A stretch of DNA of 64,000 bases from a virus (Duplodnaviria > Caudoviricetes). Positions within the stretch are counted from its first letter, which is position 1. Every line of letters starts with the position of its first letter. The position numbers were made by a program, and so were the translations under genes. The stretch lies in IMG/VR virus record IMGVR_UViG_3300032233_001498, positions 24,400-88,399 of that record; one strand, written 5' to 3'. This document shows positions 8,498 to 17,104 of this stretch, one piece after another. The notes beneath the pieces are model-generated. The model saw only the letters and a program-made list of their open reading frames with translations, was not told the DNA's origin and searched no databases.

Positions 8498-8770
8498 ATG
8501 TCCGCAAAATCTAAAGTTCTTTCTTACCTTTCTAAAGGTTCTTCTTACAACACATTGACTGCTGCAAAGATGCAATCAGTTTTTGGTGTTGCGAATCCAT
8601 CAGCAACCATCAATGAGTTGCGTAACGAAGGTAATGCAATTTACTTGAACACCCGCATTAATACTCATGGTGAGAAAGTTTCTTTCTACCGTTTGGGTAC
8701 ACCAACTAAGCGCCAAGTCGCTGCTGGTTTGCAAGCACTCCGTGCTCAAGGTGTATCAACATTCGCCTAA
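8498..8770 (+). CDS. Small winged helix-turn-helix-like protein
   Basis: GGAG RBS; LTAAKMQSVFGVANPSATINELRNEG helix-turn-helix pattern followed by a beta wing. Confidence 0.65.
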   Translation: MSAKSKVLSYLSKGSSYNTLTAAKMQSVFGVANPSATINELRNEGNAIYLNTRINTHGEKVSFYRLGTPTKRQVAAGLQALRAQGVSTFA

Positions 8771-8791
8771 TTCTCTAGGCGTTTTCTCAGA

Positions 8792-8828
8792 GGGAATCGA
8801 TATATATTAGTATCGATTCTCTTTTTTT
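8792..8828 (+). terminator. Intrinsic terminator
   Basis: GGGAATCGATA/TATCGATTCTC stem plus T7. Confidence 0.75.
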
Positions 8829-8844
8829 ATTTTATGGATATACT

Positions 8845-9660
8845 ATGGAAATTCAAGTTAAAGTTGACGACCTAAAGAAACATAAGTTATTCGTTGCTAC
8901 CCCGATGTATGGTGGCATGAATCACGGACTGTACATGAAGTCGTGTCTAGACCTACAGGGTCTAATGAACAAGTATGGTGTTGAAACCAAATTCTCATTC
9001 TTGTTCAACGAATCTCTTATAACAAGAGCACGAAACTATCTCGTAGATGAGTTTCTCCGCACAGACTACACACACATGCTGTTCATTGACAGCGACATTC
9101 ATTTCAACCCGCAAGATGTTATTGCTATGTTGGCACTTGACAAAGACCTTATTGGTGGTCCTTATCCCAAGAAATCTATTAACTGGGGCAACGTAGCAGA
9201 TGCTGCACGAAAGCATCCAACTATGGAACCACGGGAATTGGAAAACTTGGTTGGTGAGTACGTATTCAATGTTGTTAAGGGTACACAATCATTTCAAGTT
9301 GCTGAACCACTTGAAGTGATGGAGATTGGTACTGGTTACATGATGATTAAACGTCATGTATTTGGTAAACTTGAAAAAGAATTTCCTCAATTGCGTTACA
9401 AACCAGACCATGTTGGTCAGGCAAACTTTGATGGTTCACGTTACATTCATGCATTCTTTGATACAATCATTGATACTGCTGATAGTGCAACTGGTGGTGG
9501 TTCAGACCGTTACCTAAGTGAAGATTATATGTTCTGTCAACTATGGCGTAAAATTGGTGGTAGTATCTACTTGTGTCCATGGATGAAAACACAACACATT
9601 GGTACATATGCCTTTACTGGTAATATGCCTGCTGTGGCACAATACACAGGAAAACTCTGA
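8845..9660 (+). CDS. GT-A fold glycosyltransferase-like protein
   Basis: LFVATPMYGG, NESLITRARN, MLFIDSDI (DxD), YLSEDYMFC. Confidence 0.75.
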   Translation: MEIQVKVDDLKKHKLFVATPMYGGMNHGLYMKSCLDLQGLMNKYGVETKFSFLFNESLITRARNYLVDEFLRTDYTHMLFIDSDIHFNPQDVIAMLALDKDLIGGPYPKKSINWGNVADAARKHPTMEPRELENLVGEYVFNVVKGTQSFQVAEPLEVMEIGTGYMMIKRHVFGKLEKEFPQLRYKPDHVGQANFDGSRYIHAFFDTIIDTADSATGGGSDRYLSEDYMFCQLWRKIGGSIYLCPWMKTQHIGTYAFTGNMPAVAQYTGKL

Positions 9661-10025
9661 TGCCAAAGTTTGATGAAACCCTAAATGAAAACATTCAACT
9701 TGGGCATGTCCGGGCTTCTCAAACTGCCACAACCGGCGGCCGCAAATTTGATGGTGGCAAACTAGAATATGGTTTGTTACCACCAGCGGCACTAAAGGCA
9801 ACTGTGGAAATTCTTACCTTTGGTGCTCAGAAGTATGAACGTGACAATTGGAAAAATGTACCTGATTCTAAACGCAGGTATTTTGATGCAATGCAACGTC
9901 ACCTGTGGGCATGGAAAGAGGGTGAAATCAATGACCTTGAAACTGGCAAACATCACTTAGCACATGCTATGTGTTGCCTCATGTTTCTATATGAACATGA
10001 TACAATCTATTCACGTGACGAATAA
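9660..10025 (+). CDS. dATP/dGTP diphosphohydrolase-like (DUF5664) protein
   Basis: GRKFDGGK...LLP...FGAQKYERDNWK...YFDAMQRH...HHLAHAMCCLMFL. Confidence 0.75.
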   Translation: MPKFDETLNENIQLGHVRASQTATTGGRKFDGGKLEYGLLPPAALKATVEILTFGAQKYERDNWKNVPDSKRRYFDAMQRHLWAWKEGEINDLETGKHHLAHAMCCLMFLYEHDTIYSRDE

Positions 10026-10042
10026 CCTTATTGGAGTATATT

Positions 10043-10723
10043 ATGAAATTATCGACTGACACTATTAACGTATTAAAAAACTTTGCTACTATTAATCAAG
10101 GCATCTTGTTTAAGCAAGGCAAAACAATTAAAACTGTTTCTTCACACAAGAACATTCTTGCAGAGGCAACAATCAACGAAGAAATTCCTACAGAGTTTGG
10201 TGTTTATGACCTGAACAATTTCTTGTCTGTTGTTTCAATGCACAAAGACGAACCATCTTTTGAGTTCGTACAGAATGACGTTGTTATCTGTGGTAACAAA
10301 GGACGTTCAAAGATTAAATATCGATTCTGTGACCCTAAAAGCATCGTAACACCACCCGAAAAGGCACTTCAAATGCCTGACCCTGAGATTGCATTTGAGC
10401 TCTCACAAGAAGACTTAGATTGGGTATTACGGGTTGCTTCTGTTCTCTCTTCACCACAAATCGCTCTTGATTCTGATGGTTCTAAAATTAGTTTGATGGC
10501 AATGAATTTGCAAGATGACTCAGCACACACCGATACGCTTCAAATTGCTGATGGTAATGGTGACAAGTATCGTATGGTATTCAAGACTGAAAACTTGAAA
10601 ATGATTTCTGGTTCATATGATGTGAAGGTTTCTTCAAAAGGTATCTCACACTTTAAGAACAAGAACAAAGACCTGCAATACTGGATTACTACAGAAGCTG
10701 GTTCTACCTTCACCAAAGGTTAA
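10043..10723 (+). CDS. gp45: Sliding clamp gp45
   Basis: MKLSTDTINVLKNFATINQGI N-terminus; EFGVYDLNNFL; position before gp44. Confidence 0.93.
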   Translation: MKLSTDTINVLKNFATINQGILFKQGKTIKTVSSHKNILAEATINEEIPTEFGVYDLNNFLSVVSMHKDEPSFEFVQNDVVICGNKGRSKIKYRFCDPKSIVTPPEKALQMPDPEIAFELSQEDLDWVLRVASVLSSPQIALDSDGSKISLMAMNLQDDSAHTDTLQIADGNGDKYRMVFKTENLKMISGSYDVKVSSKGISHFKNKNKDLQYWITTEAGSTFTKG

Positions 10724-10799
10724 TCGTAAAAAACTTTACGTCAAAGATGCCATTTGATGTAAAGTGTGATACAATATTATTTTATTATGAGGTGTGTGA

Positions 10800-11732
10800 A
10801 TGTCGGAACAATTATTGTGGACAGAGAAGTATCGTCCAAAAACAATCAATGAATGTATTCTTCCTGAACGTTTGAAGAAACCGTTTCAAGAATACGTCAA
10901 CTCAAAAGAAATCCCCAATCTCTTGCTTGCTGGTGGCGCAGGTGTCGGTAAGACAACTGTTGCTAAGGCAATGTGTGAAGAGATTGGTTGCGATTACATG
11001 GTCATTAATGGTTCTGATGACAATGGTGTTGATACTGTTCGTTATAAGATTAAGAACTATGCATCAAGTATGTCTCTTGCAGGTGGTCGTAAGGTCATTA
11101 TTGTTGATGAGGCAGACTATCTATCGCCTAACGCACAGGCAGCTTTCCGTAATGTGATTGAAGAATTCGCAGGTAACTGTTCATTTATCTTTACATGTAA
11201 CTTTAAGAATAAGATTATTGAACCGTTGCACAGTCGGTGTGCGGTCGTGGACTTCATTCTGAAGAACAATGAGAAGGCACAGATGGCTGGCCAATTCTTC
11301 AAGCGAATTCAAGGTGTTTTGCAAAGTGAAGAAATCAAGTATGATGACAAGGTTATTGCAGAACTGGTGAAGAAACACTTTCCAGACTTTCGCCGTGTTA
11401 TCAATGAACTGCAACGCTACTCAAAGTTTGGCGAAATCAATACTGGTATTCTTTCACAGATTATTGAAGTTGGCCTATCTGATGTTATTCGACACCTGAA
11501 AGAAAAGGACTTTGGTTCTATTCGCAAATGGGTTGCATCAAATGATATCGATGCGGCATCTTTGTACCGTAAGTTGTATGATAATCTCTATGACGTTCTG
11601 AAACCACAATCTATTCCTCAAGCAGTTATTATTCTTGCTGACTATCAGTACAAACATGCATTTGTTGCCGATGCAGAAATAAATACTGTTGCATGTCTAA
11701 CTGAATTGATGGTAGAATGTGAGTTTCAATGA
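10800..11732 (+). CDS. gp44: Clamp loader large subunit gp44
   Basis: LWTEKYRP, GGAGVGKTT, IIVDEAD, LHSRC. Confidence 0.96.
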   Translation: MSEQLLWTEKYRPKTINECILPERLKKPFQEYVNSKEIPNLLLAGGAGVGKTTVAKAMCEEIGCDYMVINGSDDNGVDTVRYKIKNYASSMSLAGGRKVIIVDEADYLSPNAQAAFRNVIEEFAGNCSFIFTCNFKNKIIEPLHSRCAVVDFILKNNEKAQMAGQFFKRIQGVLQSEEIKYDDKVIAELVKKHFPDFRRVINELQRYSKFGEINTGILSQIIEVGLSDVIRHLKEKDFGSIRKWVASNDIDAASLYRKLYDNLYDVLKPQSIPQAVIILADYQYKHAFVADAEINTVACLTELMVECEFQ

Positions 11733-12016
11733 TTATTGACCTTTTCAAACCGACTGTAGATTGGATTAAAGATGATTGGAATAGTAACCCTTTCCGTTTT
11801 ATCATTGAGCTTATTGCTTGGGCTATTAGTATTGGTTGCTCCATTACTATGGCGAGTACCGTACCAAATCCTCCCTTACTGGTATTGTATCCTATTTGGA
11901 TTGCCGGTTGCGGGCTGTATGCTTGGGCTGCTTATACTAGGAAATCTTTTGGGATGTTGGCTAACTACCTCCTGTTAACAACTATTGACACCATCGGTCT
12001 AATTCGAATGTTATGA
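11729..12016 (+). CDS. Small membrane protein (about 3 TM segments)
   Basis: Hydrophobic helices; ATGA overlaps at both ends. Confidence 0.7.
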   Translation: MIIDLFKPTVDWIKDDWNSNPFRFIIELIAWAISIGCSITMASTVPNPPLLVLYPIWIAGCGLYAWAAYTRKSFGMLANYLLLTTIDTIGLIRML

Positions 12017-12666
12017 CCGAAAAAGAAATCTTCATATGTAATCTCTTCAAGGCATCAGGTGGCCACGGTTTAACCGAACTTCAATTGCATAAACAATTGT
12101 ACTCTTCTAACGATATTAATATGTTAGTGTATACAATTAAAAAAGCATTTGAATTAAATGGTAATTCATGGTTGTCTGTTACCGAATCGTATGATGAAGA
12201 TATTATTGGTTCATGGTCATCATGGCACCAAATTGATGAGAAGTATTCACCTGAGTGGGGTTTTAAGAAGACACAACCTGGATGTTATATCTATGGTTTG
12301 TTTGAAACATCACCAACCGGTCAAGCCAATCATTTGATGGATGAAGTATTCTATATTGGTGAAAGTAGAGCAGTAACACGTAATTGTATGTTGGGACGTA
12401 GAGGTGATTTTGTCAGTACTGTACGAAATAATCCTCATTGTCCATATGGATGTGGAACATCTTTTCTAAACATCTTTGGAAAAGAGAACATAGATAAAGT
12501 ATATCAAGCTTATCTGCCAACACCAGCACATCAATGCAAAAAGAAAGAAGCTGATTTATTGGTTGATTATTACAGGAAATATGGTAAAATACCTGTATGT
12601 AATTATCACACCGATTTGAATAGAATTGCCAAGTTGTCATCAAATTTAGAGAATTTTATATTATGA
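12013..12666 (+). CDS. GIY-YIG-like nuclease domain protein
   Basis: GCYIY...VFYIGES...R...E...PVCN pattern. Confidence 0.5.
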   Translation: MTEKEIFICNLFKASGGHGLTELQLHKQLYSSNDINMLVYTIKKAFELNGNSWLSVTESYDEDIIGSWSSWHQIDEKYSPEWGFKKTQPGCYIYGLFETSPTGQANHLMDEVFYIGESRAVTRNCMLGRRGDFVSTVRNNPHCPYGCGTSFLNIFGKENIDKVYQAYLPTPAHQCKKKEADLLVDYYRKYGKIPVCNYHTDLNRIAKLSSNLENFIL

Positions 12667-13046
12667 GTCCATTTGATTTTGTAAACCAAATCCTACAAAG
12701 TAAGCAACAACTAATTGTAGATGAACAGACCGAAGGTGAATATGCACCTTTCTTGGTCAACCGTAGTCTTTCCTACCATAAAGATACTATTCTTTATGCA
12801 AATGAGATGAATCGGAGACACCACTTAGATAAAAAACTACAGAATGATTTTTTACTAAATACCGTAAGGTCTAGGAAAAGGCCTTTCGTTAAGTGGGTTA
12901 AATCTGATAAAAGTGAAGACATATCATGTATCAAACAAGTCTATGGTTTTTCAGACACCAAAGCCCGTGAAGCACTACGCCTCCTTAATGATGAACAAAT
13001 CCAACAATTAAAAAAACAAACCGATATCGGTGGATTAAGGAAATGA
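12663..13046 (+). CDS. gp62: Clamp loader small subunit gp62
   Basis: MSPFDFVNQIL, YAPFLVNRSLSY, ANEMN; position before regA. Confidence 0.9.
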   Translation: MSPFDFVNQILQSKQQLIVDEQTEGEYAPFLVNRSLSYHKDTILYANEMNRRHHLDKKLQNDFLLNTVRSRKRPFVKWVKSDKSEDISCIKQVYGFSDTKAREALRLLNDEQIQQLKKQTDIGGLRK

Positions 13047-13047
13047 C

Positions 13048-13452
13048 ATGTTTGACCTATCAAATTTCGTTGAGGTTGTACTCAACGAACAAGATGATTT
13101 CTTGAAGGTTCGTGAAACGTTAACACGAATCGGAGTGTCTTCACGCAAAGAAAAAGTGCTTTATCAATCTTGCCACATTCTACATAAACAAGGCAAGTAC
13201 TACGTAGTACACTTTAAAGAATTATTTGCATTGGATGGTAAACCATCTAATATTTCAGAAAACGATATTCATAGACGTAACGCTATTGCTAAGTTACTAG
13301 AAGAATGGGGTCTAATTCGTATAATTAACCCTGAGATTATAGTAGATAAGATTGCACCTTTGCATCAAATTAAAATTATATCTTTCAAAGAAAAAGATGA
13401 ATGGGAATTGATTGCGAAGTACCAAATTGGCACCAAGAAAAAAGAATTTTGA
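13048..13452 (+). CDS. regA: Translational repressor RegA
   Basis: DDFLKVRETLTRIGV, LYQSCHILHKQGKYYVVHFKELFALDG. Confidence 0.95.
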   Translation: MFDLSNFVEVVLNEQDDFLKVRETLTRIGVSSRKEKVLYQSCHILHKQGKYYVVHFKELFALDGKPSNISENDIHRRNAIAKLLEEWGLIRIINPEIIVDKIAPLHQIKIISFKEKDEWELIAKYQIGTKKKEF

Positions 13453-13463
13453 AATGAGTAGTT

Positions 13464-13634
13464 ATGAGAGTATTCAAATTGAAGAACCGTTTTACGGGAG
13501 ATATTGTTCTCTGTAATGATATGAATAACATTACTGAATCTAATGGTATGAAATTCGTTCGAGTGTATAAACAGGAAAATCCTAACAGAACCTTCTTAGT
13601 TAACCTCGAAGCATTTACAATTTTGGATAAATAA
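13464..13634 (+). CDS. Hypothetical 56-aa protein (MRVFKLKNRFTG...)
   Basis: Translated by hand; below the ORF-track cutoff; fills the gap after regA. Confidence 0.55.
   Translation: MRVFKLKNRFTGDIVLCNDMNNITESNGMKFVRVYKQENPNRTFLVNLEAFTILDK
13627..13633 (+). promoter_or_regulatory. T4 late-type promoter (ATAAATA)
   Basis: Matches the T4 late TATAAATA core, immediately before a structured leader. Confidence 0.5.
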
Positions 13635-13639
13635 TTCAT

Positions 13640-13805
13640 CTCGGGATGGGATCGAGGTGGAGGCAACCTCGCTAAAAACCTTCACGAACACCTACCTTAG
13701 GTTCCGTTGGCCGCTACGGCATAAGGCGTCCGTGTAATTACACCCTTGACACGAAAGTTCAAGCCAGTATAAGGTAAGCTGGGCTGATGCGCCTAATGGG
13801 CATCT
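13640..13805 (+). ncRNA. Structured GC-rich RNA leader or ncRNA upstream of Hsp20
   Basis: At least five stems including CGAGGT/ACCTCG, a GAAA-capped CTTGA/TCAAG stem and a TACCTTA/TAAGGTA long-range pairing. Confidence 0.6.
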
Positions 13806-13837
13806 ATTTCGATAACTCGCTTAATAAGGAGACTTTA

Positions 13838-14281
13838 ATGACGTTAATTCGTTCACCTTTTGGAACTTTGCTTCCATCTACAGTTGGTTTTGACCGTGTG
13901 TTCAATGTATTTGATAACATGGTTACAGAAAAATCAACATACCCTCACCACAATATTGTAAAAAAAGAAGACAACAAGTATATTGTTGAACTCGCTGTTT
14001 CTGGTTTCACCGATGCCGATATTGATATCGAAATTGTTGACAGCACTTTACATATTCGTGGTGCCAAAGAAGATAATGTAGAAGTAACATATCTACATCG
14101 TGGCATTGCTACTCGGTCTTTTCACAAAACTGTTCGCCTAGCCGAAACTGTTGAAGTGACTGGTGCTGACCTTGAAAATGGTATTCTCAAAGTCTATCTT
14201 GAAAACAAGGTAGAAGAAAAGAAATCTGTCAAGGTACCTATCGGTAAAATTGCCGGTAAAAAACAGTTACTCGTAGAGTAA
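13838..14281 (+). CDS. Small heat-shock protein Hsp20 (IbpA-like)
   Basis: TVGFDR, YPHHNIVK, LAVSGF, YLHRGIATRSF, LENGIL; start after AAGGAG. Confidence 0.93.
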   Translation: MTLIRSPFGTLLPSTVGFDRVFNVFDNMVTEKSTYPHHNIVKKEDNKYIVELAVSGFTDADIDIEIVDSTLHIRGAKEDNVEVTYLHRGIATRSFHKTVRLAETVEVTGADLENGILKVYLENKVEEKKSVKVPIGKIAGKKQLLVE

Positions 14282-14293
14282 TACTTCCGTACT

Positions 14294-14326
14294 AGTGTGG
14301 ATGTTTGCCGCATCCACACTTTTTTT
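14294..14326 (+). terminator. Intrinsic terminator
   Basis: AGTGTGGATG/CATCCACACT perfect 10-bp stem plus T run. Confidence 0.85.
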
Positions 14327-14345
14327 ATGTTATAATGGACTCATT

Positions 14346-15281
14346 ATGAAAATCGCAATCTGTTCTGACATCCATTTAGAGTTTCGTACCATCGTGTTAG
14401 AAAACACAGAAGGTGCGGATGTGCTCGTTCTCTCAGGTGATATCTGTGTTGAGCGTGATTTACAAATGTACGACCGTAGACAAGTTGAGTTAGGTTTCTC
14501 AAGCAAGAAAAGTGATTCATACCATGAGTTCTTTCAAACTTGTGGAGAAAACTTTCCTCATGTAATCTACATTGCAGGTAATCACGAACACTATCATGGT
14601 GACTATCGTTTCACTATTAATGAGTTGAAACGTAAACTGTCATATATCAAAAACTTGTATGTACTTGACCGTGAAATCAAAGTAATCGATGATGTAACAT
14701 TCATTGGTGGTACTTTGTGGACTGATATGAACAAAGAAGACCCATTGACATTGCTTCATATGAAGTCAATGATGAATGATTTCGTTTGTGTTGCAAACAG
14801 TAATCGTCAAGTGAACTACAAGGTCTTTATGCCTGTAGATAAACCTGTTGGTGTGACTGATGAAGAATGGTTGAAAGAACCTACTGAAACACGGAACAAA
14901 CCTGTGTTTAAGACACGTGATGCAAAGTTTGCGCCAGAAGATGCAGTTGAAGACCATAAGAACATGTTGCAATACATTCAAGTGGTAACTGATATGATGG
15001 GTAAAAACGATAACAAATATGTTGTTGTTGGACACCATGCACCAAGTCGGCAGTCAACTCATCCACGTTACAAACAAGATGTAATTATGAATGGTGGTTA
15101 CTCAAGTGACTTGAATCAATTCATTGAAGACCGTCCTTGTATCAAATTGTGGACTCATGGACATACACATGAACCATTTGACTATATGATTGGTGAAACA
15201 CGAATCGTATGTAACCCACGTGGTTATAAGGGGCACGAACAACGTGCTGAAGATTTCGAATTAAAATATGTAGAGGTTTAA
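14346..15281 (+). CDS. Calcineurin-like metallophosphoesterase
   Basis: SDIHLE, LSGD, AGNHEHY, GHH, WTHGHTH, NPRGY. Confidence 0.9.
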   Translation: MKIAICSDIHLEFRTIVLENTEGADVLVLSGDICVERDLQMYDRRQVELGFSSKKSDSYHEFFQTCGENFPHVIYIAGNHEHYHGDYRFTINELKRKLSYIKNLYVLDREIKVIDDVTFIGGTLWTDMNKEDPLTLLHMKSMMNDFVCVANSNRQVNYKVFMPVDKPVGVTDEEWLKEPTETRNKPVFKTRDAKFAPEDAVEDHKNMLQYIQVVTDMMGKNDNKYVVVGHHAPSRQSTHPRYKQDVIMNGGYSSDLNQFIEDRPCIKLWTHGHTHEPFDYMIGETRIVCNPRGYKGHEQRAEDFELKYVEV

Positions 15282-15596
15282 ATGAATACATATACACCCG
15301 ACCGTTGGGTTGTTTTAGAATTCGACTACAATGGTGATGACATTCGCAAGGTATTTGCAGGATGGTACGGTGGTTATGCCGGTTCTGATTCTTGGAAACT
15401 ATCAAGTGGCATCACAGAGACTAAAGAGTTTGAAGATAGATATGAGTTCCTTAACGAAAGTGGTTCACTCTATATCTGTTATAAAACTGGATATGGAATG
15501 GGTGGATATCAATCAGCAATTTATTATCAATGGCAAACTGAAGTTGCCAAGAGTGATAAAGTAACAATGAAATTAATAGAGGATTATGATGTATAA
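15282..15596 (+). CDS. Hypothetical protein
   Basis: GAGG RBS, operon position. Confidence 0.65.
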   Translation: MNTYTPDRWVVLEFDYNGDDIRKVFAGWYGGYAGSDSWKLSSGITETKEFEDRYEFLNESGSLYICYKTGYGMGGYQSAIYYQWQTEVAKSDKVTMKLIEDYDV

Positions 15597-15756
15597 AACA
15601 AGTGCAAACTTTAGAATTGAAAAACAAGTAAAACGTACAATGGCAACTATAGTTGACCCTATTGCTCGTAATGCATATAAGAATAGTATGATTCAAGCAC
15701 AGATGTTTGAATTAAACAGTCGCCCAAAAGGCAAAGGTAAAAAGTCTGAAGCATGA
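15586..15756 (+). CDS. Hypothetical 56-aa basic protein
   Basis: Translated by hand (MMYKTSANF...); GAGG RBS; overlaps the next start. Confidence 0.55.
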   Translation: MMYKTSANFRIEKQVKRTMATIVDPIARNAYKNSMIQAQMFELNSRPKGKGKKSEA

Positions 15757-16259
15757 AAACCAAGTACATTCAATCGTACATGGCAACTGCTGAAATCTTT
15801 GCTGAGCATTCTTCAGCAAAGAGACTTCACGTTGGTGCAGTCATTGTAAAAGATGACCGTATCATTTCTATTGGTTACAATGGAATGCCAAGTGGTTGGG
15901 ATAATACTTGTGAAGATAGAGACTATATGAGTTCTGATGCTGGCGGCTGGCTTAATCCAGATGAGATTGAGGAACGCTGGCCATTTGAAGATGAATCGGT
16001 GAAAAGTGGATATCGCAGATATGCATTGAAAACAAAACCTGAAGTACTTCATGCAGAAACTAATGCAATTGCTAAACTTGCAAAATCTACTGAGAGTGGT
16101 GATGGTGCTACTATGTTCATCACTCATGCTCCTTGTGTTGATTGTGCCAAGTTGGTTTATCAGAGTGGTATTAATTCTGTCTACTACCGCAACAGTTATC
16201 GTGATGAAAATGGAATTGAATTCTTGAGAAAAGCAGGAGTAAAAGTTGAACAATTATAA
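15753..16259 (+). CDS. cd: dCMP deaminase
   Basis: VGAVIV, GYNG, HAETNAI, PCVDC zinc motifs. Confidence 0.92.
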   Translation: MKTKYIQSYMATAEIFAEHSSAKRLHVGAVIVKDDRIISIGYNGMPSGWDNTCEDRDYMSSDAGGWLNPDEIEERWPFEDESVKSGYRRYALKTKPEVLHAETNAIAKLAKSTESGDGATMFITHAPCVDCAKLVYQSGINSVYYRNSYRDENGIEFLRKAGVKVEQL

Positions 16260-16878
16260 ATCATACACATCGAATGTATTAGAAATTTGTGATAACGGTG
16301 ATGCAATCATTGAATTGCCACCTGAATTATGTAAAGAAATGGGTTGGGAAACAGGCACAGTTTTAAACATCGAAGAAAAAGATGGTGCTATTTACCTCAA
16401 CGAAGTAAAACCTATGGAGAAAAATATGAGTTTAACAATTAAGAATCTTGAGGCCGCTTTTGCAGGTGAGTCTCAAGCACATACAAAATATCGATACTTT
16501 GCCAAATTGGCACGTGCAGAAGGTTTCGAAGATGTTGCAAAACACTTTGAACATACTGCTGACCAAGAGTTACTTCATGCATGGGGGCACCTTGAATTAT
16601 TGATTGGTAAACCTGATACCAAAAAATGTCTTGAAATGGCAATCGCAGGTGAGACAGAAGAATATACAAATATGTACCCTACAATGAAAGCAGAAGCAAT
16701 CGTTGAAGGTAACCAAGAAGCAGAACGTGAAGCAGCACATCAAATTGCTGAATCAGAATACCATGCACAAGAATTTAGAAAAGTTCTTGCCCAAGCAGAG
16801 AAACGTTTTGCTGCGTTAGCTAAAGTTGAGAAACGTCATGCAAGTGCTTATCAAAAAATGTTACAGGAGATTCAATAA
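16246..16878 (+). CDS. AbrB/MazE-like domain fused in frame to rubrerythrin (internal start at 16426)
   Basis: N-terminal DAIIELPPEL..EMGW..G..L; C-terminal NLEAAFAGESQAH...E..HA...GE..E...MY...E..HA di-iron motifs. Confidence 0.85.
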   Translation: MNNYKSYTSNVLEICDNGDAIIELPPELCKEMGWETGTVLNIEEKDGAIYLNEVKPMEKNMSLTIKNLEAAFAGESQAHTKYRYFAKLARAEGFEDVAKHFEHTADQELLHAWGHLELLIGKPDTKKCLEMAIAGETEEYTNMYPTMKAEAIVEGNQEAEREAAHQIAESEYHAQEFRKVLAQAEKRFAALAKVEKRHASAYQKMLQEIQ

Positions 16879-17009
16879 TGGAACACGTATGCATAGTTTG
16901 TGGTCATGTACACGATGAAACAACAGAAGGTAAATGGGAAGATTTACCGAATACATTTGAATGTCCAGAATGTGGCGTAGGTAAAGAAGACTACGTTGCA
17001 ATGGACTGA
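16878..17009 (+). CDS. Rubredoxin
   Basis: Translated by hand: CIVCGH...WEDLP..FECPECG, 43 aa; AGGAG RBS. Confidence 0.9.
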   Translation: MEHVCIVCGHVHDETTEGKWEDLPNTFECPECGVGKEDYVAMD

Positions 17010-17021
17010 TATATACAATAT

Positions 17022-17095
17022 AGCGGATTAGTGAAACGGTATCACAAAGGACTCATAATCCTTAATTCCTAGTTCGAATCTGGGGTCCGCAACCA
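17022..17095 (+). tRNA. tRNA-Met(CAT)
   Basis: Full cloverleaf; AAGGA-CTCATAA-TCCTT anticodon arm; TTCGAAT T-loop; encoded CCA; 1:72 mismatch. Confidence 0.92.
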
Positions 17096-17104
17096 AGGAT
17101 AATT

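Noticed and set aside
13690-13790. Pistol, twister or hammerhead ribozyme call for the Hsp20 leader
   Set aside because: TAAGGCGT resembles part of the pistol core, but I could not fit the remaining conserved nucleotides and stems; left unclassified
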